From Felis catus (taxonomy: Eukaryota): a DNA stretch of 64,000 nucleotides. Each line of letters opens with the position of its first letter. Within the stretch, counting starts at the first letter, position 1. The notes under the pieces are model-generated. The model worked only from the letters and a program-made list of their open reading frames with translations, was not told the origin of the DNA and did not search any database. Location of the stretch: assembly GCF_018350175.1 (NCBI RefSeq), contig NC_058368.1, forward strand, positions 123,010,001-123,074,000, in the 5' to 3' direction. A program made the translations under genes and the position numbers. Shown in pieces: positions 1 through 12,369 of the stretch.

Positions 1-772
1 AAAGAGAAGGACAAACCAAAAGTGCCAGCTCCCTGTCTTCTTTGTCCCATAGAGCGCAAAGGATGATACCTGACCAGAAGGGATTGGATGACCGCAGCAT
101 GAGTTGTGGGCTACCCTCTTGCTGAGGTGTCCATTCTAGACTACAGCAAAGAGGTTTTGGTTTTACATTCTTCCGCTCTGTTCTGAGAGGGGGAGGGCAG
201 GAAGCCTCATGTCTCAGAGAACCTGGGAAGCAATGAGAAATGTCTTAAGACAGCCTTCCAGGGGAGGTGGAAGAGTGGGGGGTGGGGAGATGACCTCACA
301 GTAGCTGGTCCAGGCCCCCCGTCCTCTCAGGTTCAGGTTCCAAGAGAATCACAGGTGTTCCCAAGACTCACATAAGCTACAGTTTGACCCTTTGCCTGAG
401 TGGATCTCTGCAAGGTTGCCAGGGTAGAGCAGTTGAAAGCCAACTTAGGATAAGATCACAATGTGGAGAATGTGTGCTGGACACTGAAGATCTCCCCTCT
501 GTGAAGATCTCCCCTCCTCTCTGTTTGATATTTTTGCTGGAAACTAAGTGTAGCAAATGCTCCCCTGGTTCCCTAAAAAGACAGTGACATTAACGGTGAA
601 TGTGGGAGTATACCATAGATTGGCAGTATGTGCTCATCTGAGCCCAGAGTTGTCCTCGTTGCTGAAAGGTCTTTCTGCCTCTCTTTATACTAATCTGCTT
701 AGAAACCTTGTGACCAGACTGCCTTCTGTATAAGAACTCATATCTCTCACTATTGATCAGATCTTGCCAGAT

Positions 773-1931
773 AAACAACGAAAGCAAAAATAAACAAGTG
801 TGACTGCATCAAACTCAAAAGCTTATGTACAGCAAAGGAAACCAACAACAAAATGAAGAGGCAACCTACTGAATGGTTAATATCAAAAATATATAAAGGA
901 GTCATACAACATAATAGCAAAATCCCCAAACAATCCAATTAAAAAATGGGCACAGGATTTGATTAGACATTCTTCCAAAGAAGATACAGATGACCAACAA
1001 GTACGTGAAAAGATGCTTAACATCATTAGTCATCAGAGAAATGCAAATCCAAAACACAACGACATATCACTCACATCTGTTAGAATGGCTACTATCAAAA
1101 AGAAAAGAAATAAGAAGTGTTGGTGAGGATGTGGAGACAGGGGATCACCCATGTACTGTGGGTGAGAATGTAAATTGGTGCAGCCACTATGTAAAACAGT
1201 ATGGAGTTTCCTTTAAAAATTGAAAATAAAACCACCATATGATCCAGTAATTCCACTTCTGGATATTTATTTGAAGAAAATGAAAACACTAACTCAAAAA
1301 GATATACACAACCCCATGTTCATAGCAGCATTATTTACAATAACCAAGATATGAAAACAACATCAAGTGCCCATCAATAGGTGAATGGATAAAGAAAATA
1401 CAGTGTGTGTATATATAATGGAATATTATTCAGCCATAAAAAGGAGGAAATCTTGCCATTTGCAACAACATGGATGGACTATGAGGGCAGTATGGTCAAC
1501 GAAGTAACTTAGAGAAAGACAAAGTCTGTATGATCTCAATTATACGTGTAATCTTTAAAAGAACAACAATAACAAGCTCATAGATACAGAAGACAGATTG
1601 ACAGATTGGTGGTTGCCAGAGGTGGGGGGTGGAGGTGGGTAAAATGGGTGAAAAGGGTCAAAAGGCACAAACTTCCAGCTATAAAATAAGTCATGCACAG
1701 GTAATGTACAGCATGGCCACTATAGTTAATACTCTATTGCATATTTAAATTTAAAGAGAGCACATCTTAAAATTTTTCATCACAAGAAAAATTTTTGTAA
1801 CTATGTATGGTGACAGATGTTAACCACACTTATTGTGCCGATCATTTTGCAGTATATACAAATACTGAATCATTATGTTGTACATGTGAAGTTAAGCATA
1901 AGTTGTATGTCAGTTATACTTCAAAAAAAAA
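773..1931 (+). mobile_element. 5'-truncated older L1 (ORF2 end, 3' UTR, A tail)
   Basis: Degraded ORF2 C-terminal homology (KRCLTSLVIREMQI), L1 3' UTR, A run at 1923-1932, degenerate TSD agatcttgccagat/aaatcttgttagat. Confidence 0.85.
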
Positions 1932-2519
1932 ATCTTGTTAGATCAAGTACTAGTCTCATTCAGGCTATCAGAATTTAGCCTTTTACAGCCATATCTTCTC
2001 ATCTAACTCATGTGACCCAACTCATTGTTTGATTGCAAACTAAACTTTTGTTTGAAATCTGCCATGGTCAGACAATGTGAATAAACACTGATAGACAAGG
2101 AGAGGTGAGACACTGTCCACACTTCCTTCTTTTCAGCCCACGTAATCATCTCTGTTTTCTAACATAAAACATTGCAAATTGTAGCTTTATTTCTTATTTT
2201 CTCTGTTTATGCATGTCTTTGCATTTAGGTAACACTGAAATCCATTGAAAAATCAACCCCAGACCAATCACTTGTCACCCCTTCCAATGCTCCTCACATT
2301 TTGCTTCAAGTTGGTCTTGGTTTACCCATATTTCCTGTGTTCCATCATCCTCAGCTCACGTTCCATTTGGGGTTCCCTGTAGGTCTAGAAAGGGACTAAA
2401 AGCCTCAAATGACAATGGCCTGATTTTCACTGAATAGGATTTAGTCAATATGGAAGGGAGCCAGGAACAGTGTTTTTGCTTTTCTCCAATCTTTATGAGG
2501 TTGATATACTGCTGTGACA

Positions 2520-2538
2520 TTTTTTTAAGTTTATTTAT

Positions 2539-2575
<37 letters not shown>

Positions 2576-2727
2576 GAGCAGCATGAGCAGGGAAGGGGCA
2601 GAGAGAGAGAGAGAGAGAGGGAGAAAGAGAATCCCAAGCGATGTGGGGGTCAATCCTACAAAACACATAACCTGAGCCGAAATTATGAGTGAGACACTTA
2701 ACCAAGTGAGCCACTCAGGCTTCCCTG
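2520..2727 (-). mobile_element. Can-SINE
   Basis: T-rich tail, (GA)n tract and reverse-complement tRNA-derived head. Confidence 0.85.
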
Positions 2728-3248
2728 GGCTGACATCTAATTCTATTTTATGTGGTTGTGTTTTTAAAGACAGATTTTAAGACTGATTCCCCTTCTTAGA
2801 TAGCCTTCAGTTTAGGCTACTTTTGACCATCCAGTCATAGCAAGGAGAAGAAGGAAAATAACAAGCTCTACTTCTACACTTTCAGTGTGATTTCCTGGTG
2901 ACTGACTGTGTCCTCTGCAGCTGGAAGGAAGAGTGTTGAATGAAAATCTCAGGCTGATTCTTTTCTTTTTCCTGATCAGTATCTCATATCTAAATTCAGT
3001 TGGCTTCTTTATAACTGCCATTCCTCTTACAGAGAAAAAAAAAACTGATTTGATTCTAACAGTTTTCTTTAATATAATTTAAATGAGGCAAGGGTGATTC
3101 TTGCTTTTGCTCCTGCTGTATTCCCAGCATCTACCACAGAGCCAAAATACCAAACATGGTCAGTAAATCACTGTTGAATGGCTAATGAATTTCCACTCCT
3201 GAGTACAAATTTTATCCCCACAAAAAATTCGTTCAAAAAGCACATCCA

Positions 3249-3460
3249 GGGGTGCCTGGGTGGCTCAGTTGGTTGAGTGTCCAACTTCAGCTTAGGTCTT
3301 GATCTCGTGGTTCTTGAGTTCGAGCCACACATCTGGGTCTGTGCTGACAGCTCAGAGCCTGGAGCCTGCTTTGGATTCTGTGTCTCCCTCCCTCTCTGCC
3401 CCTCCCCTGCTCATGCTCTGTCTCTGTCTCTCAAAAATGAACATTAAAAACAAAAAAAAA
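3249..3460 (+). mobile_element. Can-SINE with TSD
   Basis: ggggtgcctgggtggctcag head, CT tract and A tail; TSD aaaaagcacatcca/aaaaagtacatcca. Confidence 0.9.
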
Positions 3461-3974
3461 AGTACATCCAAAATTAATTTAGAAACACTGGCACTCATTT
3501 CCTTTTTATTTATCTTCATGAGGTAATCTATTTTACAAATGCTTAATGGAAATGAATATTAGTTAAGTGTCTAAAAGTAAAGGAATACAAATCAGAAAAG
3601 AAAGGACTTCAATGATGGTTGCATTTTTTATTATCTAAGTAATCTTAGCAATCAATTCTTGCTTCTGGCTTCAGACTTCTCATTTGTGAAGTGGGATAAA
3701 AGCCCTTATGGTCAAGGATTTTGTGAGGATGAAGTAGATAGTTTTTGCAAAGTGTAGTGCCTGGCACTGATTAGTGGTCCCTAATAATATTATCAAGTGT
3801 GTAAGGCTCTGTGTTAGGATCCAGACGTGAACAAGACAAGCCCCATCAGGATGTTTACAAATTAGTCCTGGGAAAGAAGACATTAGTTCAAATAATTATG
3901 TTGCAAAGAAAGACAGTATCAGTAGCATCACAAAGGCACAAGAAAAGCCTAGATTCCTATTTTAAAATATAGGT

Positions 3975-4480
3975 TTTGTTATTTTTCAGGCCAACAGATC
4001 AGGAGATGACTGCCATCAAAAAGATAGATCGTTATACTCAGATCCTTATGACCACATGACGGGGGGAGGGGTCACAAGGGAAGCACCCGATCTGTCAGGA
4101 GGGTGAAGGGGTAAGGTTGGGGGGGAGGAAAGGGGGCAAGAGCCTTTATTATGGTTTCTGTGGGAAGGGATGGATAAGATGGGTAAGCGGGTTAAGGATT
4201 GGCTAGTTTGAATAATTTCTGTTGGCTCTGGGGATTAGGGACTATCTCTAGTTGTCTCGTACCTGGCCTTGGGTGATTAGGGCAGGGGTGTAGTTGCCTA
4301 GAGTATGAGAGTTCCATAAAGGAGGTAGTTGGCCTGATGGGCCCTGTGTTGGTTGGTTTGGATATGAAAGGTGTCGTTTGCTATCTCTAGGAATTATCTA
4401 GCCCTGGGAAGGGCAATACCTCCAAGGTCAACAAGTCCCCAAGATCTCAGAGCATCAAAAATATGGAATAAAAAAACATG
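3975..4480 (-). mobile_element. Solo ERV1-class LTR relic (MER21/MER34/MER39-like)
   Basis: The minus strand contains ttgatgctctgagatcttgggg...cccagggctagataattcctagagatagcaaac, typical of this LTR group. Family assigned by eye. Confidence 0.55.
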
Positions 4481-4842
4481 ATGACTGCAGTGGCTCAGAA
4501 CTTAAGAAGCATGGAAGTAGCCAAGTCCAAGTTTCTTTTCAACTCTGACTATAACCCAGTCTACTTGTTCCCTATCACTGCATCCTCTTTGCTTCTTACC
4601 TCTTATCATTTGTTCTTTGCTTACTTGTTCATTCTCTGTTTATCATATTGTCACTTCCAGAAAGGCGAGAAATTTGCTTGTCTGGTGTACTGCTCCAGTT
4701 CTAATTCCTGACACACAGTTGATGATCAGCAAACGTTTGTTGAATGAGTGAGTGAAAACAGTAGTACTTGCTGGTTGTGTGTGTATGTGTGCACAGGCAC
4801 AGATGAGTGTTCTTGCATGTGTAAGAATGTGGGTGTTTGTGA

Positions 4843-4843
<1 letters not shown>

Positions 4844-4890
<47 letters not shown>
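4844..4890. repeat. (GT)n microsatellite
   Basis: Direct reading. Confidence 0.97.
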
Positions 4891-4893
<3 letters not shown>

Positions 4894-6894
4894 GCATGGA
4901 GCAGGTTCCAGCCTTTAGTCCAAGCCATGTCTACTACCAGGTCTCAGCCAATACTGCATGTCTGGCAGGCTGTTTGATAGGCCTATTAGAATCCAGCACA
5001 CGGGCCTTCCTAGAGAAGAACTCACCCTGTCGGGCCAGCAGACAAGCTCAAGACACTATCAGACGCCTTAGAGGTTGGAAAGGAGAAGCAGCTTTGTGTG
5101 TGTGATGCTTTATTTCTCTTGGAGGAGTCTTGGTCTTGCCCTTCGTGAATCTATCACTTGATACCTGTGAGACAAACACCTCTGTTTAGAAACTGTTTAA
5201 AAACTGAAAGATATCTGTTTTCAGGGAAAGCTCTCTAATATTTTAGAATGCTATATTAGTTATCTTCCAGCCAGAAAATCAAAACCATACCAGGTGATCA
5301 AATAGGAAAAATTTAACTTGGAAGATAATTTACAAGGTGCTAGAAGTGCAGTTAAAGCAAGAAGCAGGGAGGTGAGACAATCCTGATCTTACAAAATGCT
5401 TGAAGCTACTACTGACTCCTGTCTCCTTGACTGAGTCGGAGAATGAGGAGCTTGGACTGAGGGCTAGGGCCATGCCATAGAAGCTGGAACAGTCGTGTGT
5501 CAGCCTGGCTTGGGTGGGACCACAAGCACAGGGCCTTATTGGAAGGAGCTGGAGCCACAGAGAAGATGGAGTCACTGGTCAAGATATTTCCTGAAGCAGA
5601 GAAAGGGAGAAATACCCTGGGTTCTCCCATTCTCTCCCTTGGAATCCTCTACCAGTGCCTTCCATAAGCTAGACCTAACCAGACACATTTGGCAAGCAAG
5701 TCTGGAAACCACAGTTTGGAGAGCTCAGCTTCCTCTAGGACAGAGTAGAGGAGGGGATGTGCAGGGAAAGGATCTGAAAGGAACCTAGAAAATGACAAGC
5801 AAAGATGAGGGCATCGCTGATTAGTATCCCATAAAGATACTGCAACATAAAAATATTTATTTATTTATTTTTTAATTTTAAGTAGGCTGCATGCCCAACA
5901 TGGGGTTTGAACTCACAACTCAAGATCAAGAGTTGCATGCTCTCGATCTTGACTGAGTCAGCCAGCCACCCCTCAACATAAAAGTAACTGAGGGCATCAA
6001 CTCACTTCTACTTTACCACACAGCCTTGGCCCTCTGAGGGTTTTGGCACATCGATATCCCTGGCTAGATGTTAATACCCAGGAGAAATGGAAGCACTCTC
6101 TGACAGACACAGCAGAAGTCGAAGGAGAGAATTAGCATGGTGGTAATTCATGATCTCCTTCACGCAGTTTATAAAGTAGCAGAAAAATAAACAAATGGCA
6201 GTTACAATGCAGTACCTTACAAGAATGAATAACAGATGACACTTATTAAGTACTAATCCTGATTTGCTGCAGTTACATTCTCTGCACAATTTTACTAAAT
6301 TTTCCTGACAATACCACACCCTCAATTGGAGCTCCAACTCCTGGCTGGTGCACCATTAGGGCTCATGCCTTGGCTTATCTTCCTCAAAATGTTCTGTGTC
6401 CTTCTTTCATGGTGGTGATGACTGAGGCCAGCAGTGCTGTTTGACCTGGGACTGGCATCTACCTGCATCCTGATTCCTGTTTTTCTCCTTCAAGGTTCAT
6501 TCTTACCCTCTTTCTTGCATGTGAAGCGCCAGATGCTAAAGGAATTCCAGGGCTCGTGCTTACAAATAGGGATGTCCTGGAGCCCCGTGGTCAAATCCTG
6601 ATTCTAGGGGTGCGGCCTTGCAAGCAGATTGCTCCTGTGGCTGGCCCAGTATTTCCTTTGTGTGATTGTGTGAAATTGGATTGCCAGAATGGTTCTGAAA
6701 TGCATGTTTTAGTATCCTAAGTTATTTATGTAGACAAGGTCTTGCAATGATTTTTTGCCTCAGGGCCACACACACCCCCATCGTAGGTGACTAGACCGAT
6801 ACTATAGATTTTAAAAAGCCTAATCCAAGATTATACCAAGAGTAAATATTGAATCCTAGGTTTTTACAAAGGCATTTTGATTTTTATTTATTTT

Positions 6895-6952
6895 ATTCAT
6901 TTTTTAAGTTTATTTTGAGAGAAAGAGAGCATGTGCAAGCAGGTGGGGGGGG

Positions 6953-7000
<48 letters not shown>

Positions 7001-7130
7001 AAATATCAAGTAGATCCCACATGGTTAGCCAGAGCCCAACCCAGGGCTCAATCCCATTAACCATGAGATCATGGCCTGAGCCAAAATCAAGAGGTGGGCA
7101 CTTAACCGACTGAGCCACCCAGACGCCCCA
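6895..7130 (-). mobile_element. Can-SINE about 600 bp upstream of the SCGB3A2 TATA box
   Basis: (GA)n tract and reverse head; flanking repeat attttgattttta. Confidence 0.9.
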
Positions 7131-7469
7131 AAAGTATTTTGATTTTTAGATCCTGAGCCTATTATTCTATATGATAGCACAAAGAAGGCACACCCTAGGG
7201 ATTCTCAAAATAACTGTGAGATACTAGAAAAGAAAAGAGATCTTGCCATGGTAGATGTGTGAGTGGGGATGGGGTGGGTGGAGGTAAATTCTAGAGTAAT
7301 ATGGCACTAAATGCAATGAAGCTGAGTCTGTATATACCACAGCTGATGGGACCATCTGATTGCTTCCACAGCTGGGTAGCATATCAGGTGATGTGACTCT
7401 GCCAACTTTAAATGAATAGAAAGGTGGAGGAAAACAACATTCGCTCCTTATTTAATCTCAATATTAAAC

Positions 7470-7730
7470 TTCCCCTTTTTGCAATATTATTTCAAGAGAA
7501 GGACTCTTAGAGCTCTCTGCTCCTGCTGGCATCTCTGGGCAAGGAAGGGCTTTTATGTGAGGTCCTTGAGAATGCTTCAAGTGAAGGCTTTGTTTCTCAT
7601 GGGAACATGAGGAAAAGCGGAAAAACCTCCAATTTGTTTAGTGAGGAAACATGACCTTCATGCTCTTCTTCTTTGGGGTGAGTCAAGTGGTAGTGACTGA
7701 AATTTAGGTCATGGGTGGTATATAAATATG
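7470..7730 (+). promoter_or_regulatory. SCGB3A2 proximal promoter: TATA box plus NKX2-1, AP-1, C/EBP and forkhead-like motifs
   Basis: TATATAAA at 7719-7726; TCAAGTG (NKX2 core) at 7577-7583 and 7683-7689; TGAGTCA at 7679-7685; TTGCAAT near 7479; TGTTTAG near 7635. SCGB3A2 is an established NKX2-1 target. Confidence 0.75.
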
Positions 7731-7847
7731 TGCATGTGCAAAAAGTAGCTGTCACACTGCACAGCGAGTGGAGCCACTAGCTCAGTGCATTCACTGCCCT
7801 TTGCAATTCATTTTTAAACTCCAAGTAAATATCGCAGAAAACCTATC

Positions 7848-7902
7848 ATGAAGCTGGTAACTGTGTTTTTGCTGGTGACCCTCAGCATCTGCAGTTACTC
7901 TG
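7848..7902 (+). CDS. SCGB3A2: Secretoglobin 3A2 (UGRP1), coding exon 1 (signal peptide)
   Basis: ATG at 7848 encodes MKLVTVFLLVTLSICSYS plus one base, followed by a GTAAGT donor at 7903 (phase 1). Hydrophobic signal peptide; TATA box about 125 bp upstream. Confidence 0.96.
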
Positions 7903-8121
7903 GTAAGTAGCCTGAACATATATTCCTCTACTTTTCTGTTAATAGGAACATAACTAGTAAACCTAGGCTCCCAGGGGAATATGGTGGAGGGAGTTTTAGA
8001 ACCACGAAATAGAAAGGTTGGAAGGGATTTCAGATACAGCAACCCCCTACCCCCTTCCCAGCCTACTAAGCTATAACCCAACAAAAATACTATCCCTAAT
8101 GAATCCTACAGAAGTTAGCCA

Positions 8122-8325
8122 GGGGCACCTGGGTGGCTCAGTTGGTTAAGTGTCCAACTCCTGGTTTTGGCTAGGATCATGATCTCACAGTTCGAGAAAT
8201 AGAGCCACACATTGGGCTCTTTGCTGACAGCAGGGAGCCTGCTTGGGAGTCTCTCTTTCCCTCTCTCTCTCTGCTCCTCTCTTGCTCATGCTCCCTCTCT
8301 CAAAATAAATAAACTTAAAAAAAAA
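8122..8325 (+). mobile_element. Can-SINE in SCGB3A2 intron 1
   Basis: Head, CT tract and A tail; TSD-like ttagcca on both sides. Confidence 0.9.
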
Positions 8326-9404
8326 TTAGCCAACTCACACTAAAGATCAACATTGTTGAACATTGTCCCCTTAGTTTTCTTATCTTCATTAATCTTGAGT
8401 CAGAATCTCACTTTGTAACTTCTTTCTTTTGAAACTGTATGGAGTTCATTTTTTTTTTTTTTTCTGTCACCTGTAGTCACTTGCCAGGTTGTTTCTCCTG
8501 AGACATTTCTACATTTATCTGTTCACACAGTTAACAGATAGTTGCCGAATGGCTACAACCTGTTGGGCATTTGGATAAACATGGGAAGATATAGATATGA
8601 ATCAGACACAAAGATTGTTTACAAGGTTCTTTTAATCTGACAGGGGAGCTAAGTCTTCTCCAGAGAGAAGTTACGACGATGCTAGACAAATGCACAGAGA
8701 CATATAGACATACAGCTCTGTGAGAGGACTAAGAGGCCAACAGTTCAATTTCTAGGTGGGGTATAGAAGTTGGATTCTTGGAGGAGAATGGGAACTGGTC
8801 CATTCTTTTTGGAGGTATATTGACATCTGCAAAATGCACTGTGATAACCATTGCTCATTCAAAGAACAGGAGGCTTTGAGGGTCTTCCCCTGGAAGTATA
8901 TAAGTATATACAGAGAAGACATTCACCAAAGCCTTAAAAATAAGTAGGGAGATTAATCTTGAGAAACTGGATGCTGCCATACCCACATTGGCAACTTTGG
9001 CTTGTACTTTTTACTGAAATTTTGGATCAATTTGTAACTTAACCAGTCTTGGCTACTTTGTTTGTCTTTAGTGACTAGTGTCAAATATCTACAGAAAGAG
9101 GTGGCAATTGAAAGGTGGTTGGAGGAAATAAATATCCCTCCTCCGGGGGAGAATTTTGGAAGGAAAATAGATGGTAGCAGATGAAGGGAAGTAGATGCAT
9201 AGGCTCCTCTTGTATGATTTGAATGGGGAAATGAAAAGGACTCCTAAGGAAAATGAACTAGGGCAGGGTCTTTTTTCTTATATGTGTGCTCATGCATATG
9301 TGGGTTTACATATCTGCACCATGTGTTTTGTAAAAATATATATTGTATATATTCTCATTCTCTACATTTTCCTTCTTATTCGTCTTCTATGTGAAAGGTA
9401 TATT

Positions 9405-9617
9405 TCTTTTTTTTAAGTTTTTATTTATTTACTTTGAGAGAGAGAGAGTGCATGCAAGCAGGGGATGGGGCAGAGAGAGGAAGACAGAATCCTAAGCAGG
9501 CTCTGCACTGTCAGCTCAGAGTCTGACACGGGACTTGAAGTCGCAAACTGTGAGATCGTGACCTGAACCCAACACTAAGAGTTGCACGCTTAACTGACTG
9601 AGCCATCCAGGTATTCC
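9405..9617 (-). mobile_element. Can-SINE in SCGB3A2 intron 1
   Basis: Reverse-complement SINE body with T tail. Confidence 0.88.
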
Positions 9618-10779
9618 TATGTGAGAGTTATCTTTCTAAAGCCAAAGATAAAAAATGCAATTGTTCCATAAAGGAGCCTTGATACCTCCCCATTACCCAT
9701 GGGGAAAAAAAGTCTCAAACTCATTAGTATGGCATTCAAAGCTCTGAAAAATCTGACCTCACCTGAGTTTTGCAGCCTTACCTCCTTTCCCCACCTCAGC
9801 ATGCCTCACTAGAAGTCTGCACTCTAGCCACTTCTGAAAGGCTCACCAGCGTGTGTATGCACTTTCATTTTAACATTTCAGTGCTTTTGTTAATTTTGTT
9901 CCTTTTTATAATGCACCTCCCCTTCTTTACCTTATGATCCTGGAATTTGCTTAAAGACATGACTCCAACAACATCTCTCTGGGAAGATTGCTCCAACACT
10001 CTACCACATAAGAATTAGTCATCCCTTCTCTTATGTTTCCACTGAGCTTAATCCGTAATGTTAGCACAGCATATGCCTCACTGTGGCATACACAGATCTT
10101 TATTGTCCACTAGACTGTGTAAGTTCTCTGAGTGTAATAGCGTTGTTTTATTCAACTATGCATCTGCACTAACTCTTAAAGAGTTGGAGTTCAGTTATAT
10201 TTGCAGTGTGAAGTTGAATTAGTTGGAAGTTGAAGTTGAAACTCCCTGGACTCCCTGGACATGCATATCCCCAAGTAAAGATTCATTATGGAATCTACTC
10301 TTTGGCCTCAAAGCCATGGGCTGTGGAGATAGCCACATGCAAAGTATATACCTATTCAGTCAACCACCAGTATCTACTGAGTGCTTACTACATGCCAGGG
10401 TCTGTTTTAGACAAGTGAATAAAACATATACTCCTTGTTCTCATGGAGCCTACATACTAGTAAGAGGATGAAGGCAAGAAATAAATAAACAAATATTTAC
10501 TATTTTAGGTCATGGTAAGAAAAACTGAAGTTAGAGATGGGTGATGCTATTTTAGCTACCTTTCTGAAGAGGTAATATTTGATGAGAAACACGTAGCTAT
10601 CTGGAGAAACAACAGCTTAAGGAGGCAGAACAGCAGGTGCAAAAGCCCTGAGGCAAAAGTTTTCATGGGAAGTCAAGTGGGGCTGGAATGGAGCCATTGA
10701 TGGACACAGTGGAAGGTAGTACAGTAACAGATAAGAATCAGATGTGCCTGTTTCACGTGGTTTTCCTTTTGCCCTTCAG

Positions 10780-10982
10780 CCACCGCTTTCCTTGCCAACA
10801 GTTTGCCAGAAGCTGTCAACAATGCCTTACCTTTACCTGTGGACAACCTTCTCCCCTTTTTGGATCCGTTAAAGCTTCTTCTGAAAACTCTGGGCATTTC
10901 TGTTGAGCACCTTGTAGAAGGGCTAAAAAAGTGTGTGAATGAGCTGGGACCAGGCGCCTCTGAGGCAGTGAAGAAACTTCTG
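10780..10982 (+). CDS. SCGB3A2: SCGB3A2 coding exon 2
   Basis: Polypyrimidine tract and CAG acceptor at 10777-10779. Encodes (A)TAFLANSLPEAVNNALPLPVDNLLPFLDPLKLLLKTLGISVEHLVEGLKKCVNELGPGASEAVKKLL, recognisable as SCGB3A2; GTAACT donor at 10983. Confidence 0.97.
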
Positions 10983-11341
10983 GTAACTATAGCTTGTGGG
11001 CTAATTTGTCTCTCCCCCCTCTCTCCCAACCACTGCGTTCTCACCTCCAGACATGTATTTCCCTTTTACTGACTATACTCATAAAAAGTTTGCATGTCCA
11101 GGCATCTCAGGGAAGGTGGAACATCTACTTTTCTAGAAGGAATTTTTGAATGAAAGAGACCTGTGTTCTGGTTGTGACTTTATATTTCTCAGCTTAGGGA
11201 TTCTTTGTTGAAACTTAACCCCTCTGAGCTTCCATTTCCACATCAGCAAAATGGTGGTTAAATAGGTTGATGCCTGTTTTTGGAAACATGCTAAGTACAT
11301 GTAAGCTTCTTTATTTTTATTCTCATCCTTCTGCCTTTCAG

Positions 11342-11365
11342 GAGGCCCTGTCGCATTTGGTGTGA
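11342..11365 (+). CDS. SCGB3A2: SCGB3A2 coding exon 3 (EALSHLV-stop); joined protein is 93 aa
   Basis: Pyrimidine tract and tttcag acceptor ending at 11341, then GAG GCC CTG TCG CAT TTG GTG TGA. Exon lengths 55+203+24 = 282 nt, i.e. 93 codons plus stop. Confidence 0.96.
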   Translation, partial: EALSHLV

Positions 11366-11466
11366 TGGCAGCACTAAGCTCTGATGGAGGAGAAGGGGAA
11401 GGTCCTCCCCTTCTTGCGGGCTGGAACTCATTCCGGCCTAAGATGTGGTGACCCCTGAAAACAATG

Positions 11467-11472
11467 AATAAA
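11467..11472 (+). terminator. SCGB3A2 polyadenylation signal
   Basis: AATAAA about 100 nt after the stop, followed by GT/T-rich sequence (ttgtgtcctatgtttattt). Confidence 0.85.
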
Positions 11473-11739
11473 GCAATGCATAGATTTCATTGTGTCCTAT
11501 GTTTATTTCTGGAGTCTGTCTATTCAGAAGGGCCTAAGTAGATAGTTTTTTGGGTCATAAACTCCAGAGAGCCTGTTGTTATCAAGAGAACCTACATTTT
11601 CAGGAAGACATAATCATGTCTTCCCCTCTTGCTTGAGTCTAAATTAAACATTTTCATTTTCTTCAACTGCTCTTCGACGATGTTTCCAGACATCTCAAGT
11701 TCCTATGCCCTTGTTTCTAAAGAAGCTTTTTAAATAACG

Positions 11740-11767
11740 CTTATTTATTTATTTTGGGGGAGGGAGG

Positions 11768-11799
<32 letters not shown>

Positions 11800-11930
11800 G
11801 CAAGCGTGAGCACGGAAGGGGCAGAGAGAGAAGGAGAGAGAGAATCATGGAGCTTGATCTCACAAAACGTGAAATCATGACCTGAGTTGATATCAAGAGT
11901 CAAATACTCAACCAACTGAGCCACCCAGGC
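11740..11930 (-). mobile_element. Can-SINE
   Basis: Reverse-complement SINE, internally shortened. Confidence 0.82.
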
Positions 11931-12306
11931 TAAATATATTTTTAAATATAAAATGAAAAGGGTGTTCAGAGTATTGTCTGACAAGCCTACGGTCTTTCAC
12001 TGGTTTAGAGTCTACATCACCAGAGTGGGAGTTTCTCTTAAGTTTGTGGCTATACTGTGGCCACTCCATAGGTCTTACAGACCCTGCCACCAAGTTAGGC
12101 CTTCACTGCATCATCCTTTGGCAACTAGTTTCTGAACTGTCCTTTCCTTTTCCCCATGCCACCATCTATTATGATACTAGAATTATCTTTTCAAGATATA
12201 ATTATATTGATATACAATAACCTATAAAATGGATGTCCAGCTCCTTAGCATGGCCTACAGGCCCTTCATGACCTGGCCTTTGCTTACATGTCTTGTCTCG
12301 TCAATA

Positions 12307-12369
12307 TTCCTTCCTTCCTTCCTTCCTTCCTTCCTTCCTTCCTTCCTTCCTTCCTTCCTTCCTTCCTTC
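12307..12369. repeat. (TTCC)n microsatellite
   Basis: Direct reading. Confidence 0.97.

Noticed and set aside
10673..11044. 123-aa antisense ORF over SCGB3A2 exon 2
   Set aside because: Shadow of the coding exon on the opposite strand, with no independent support.
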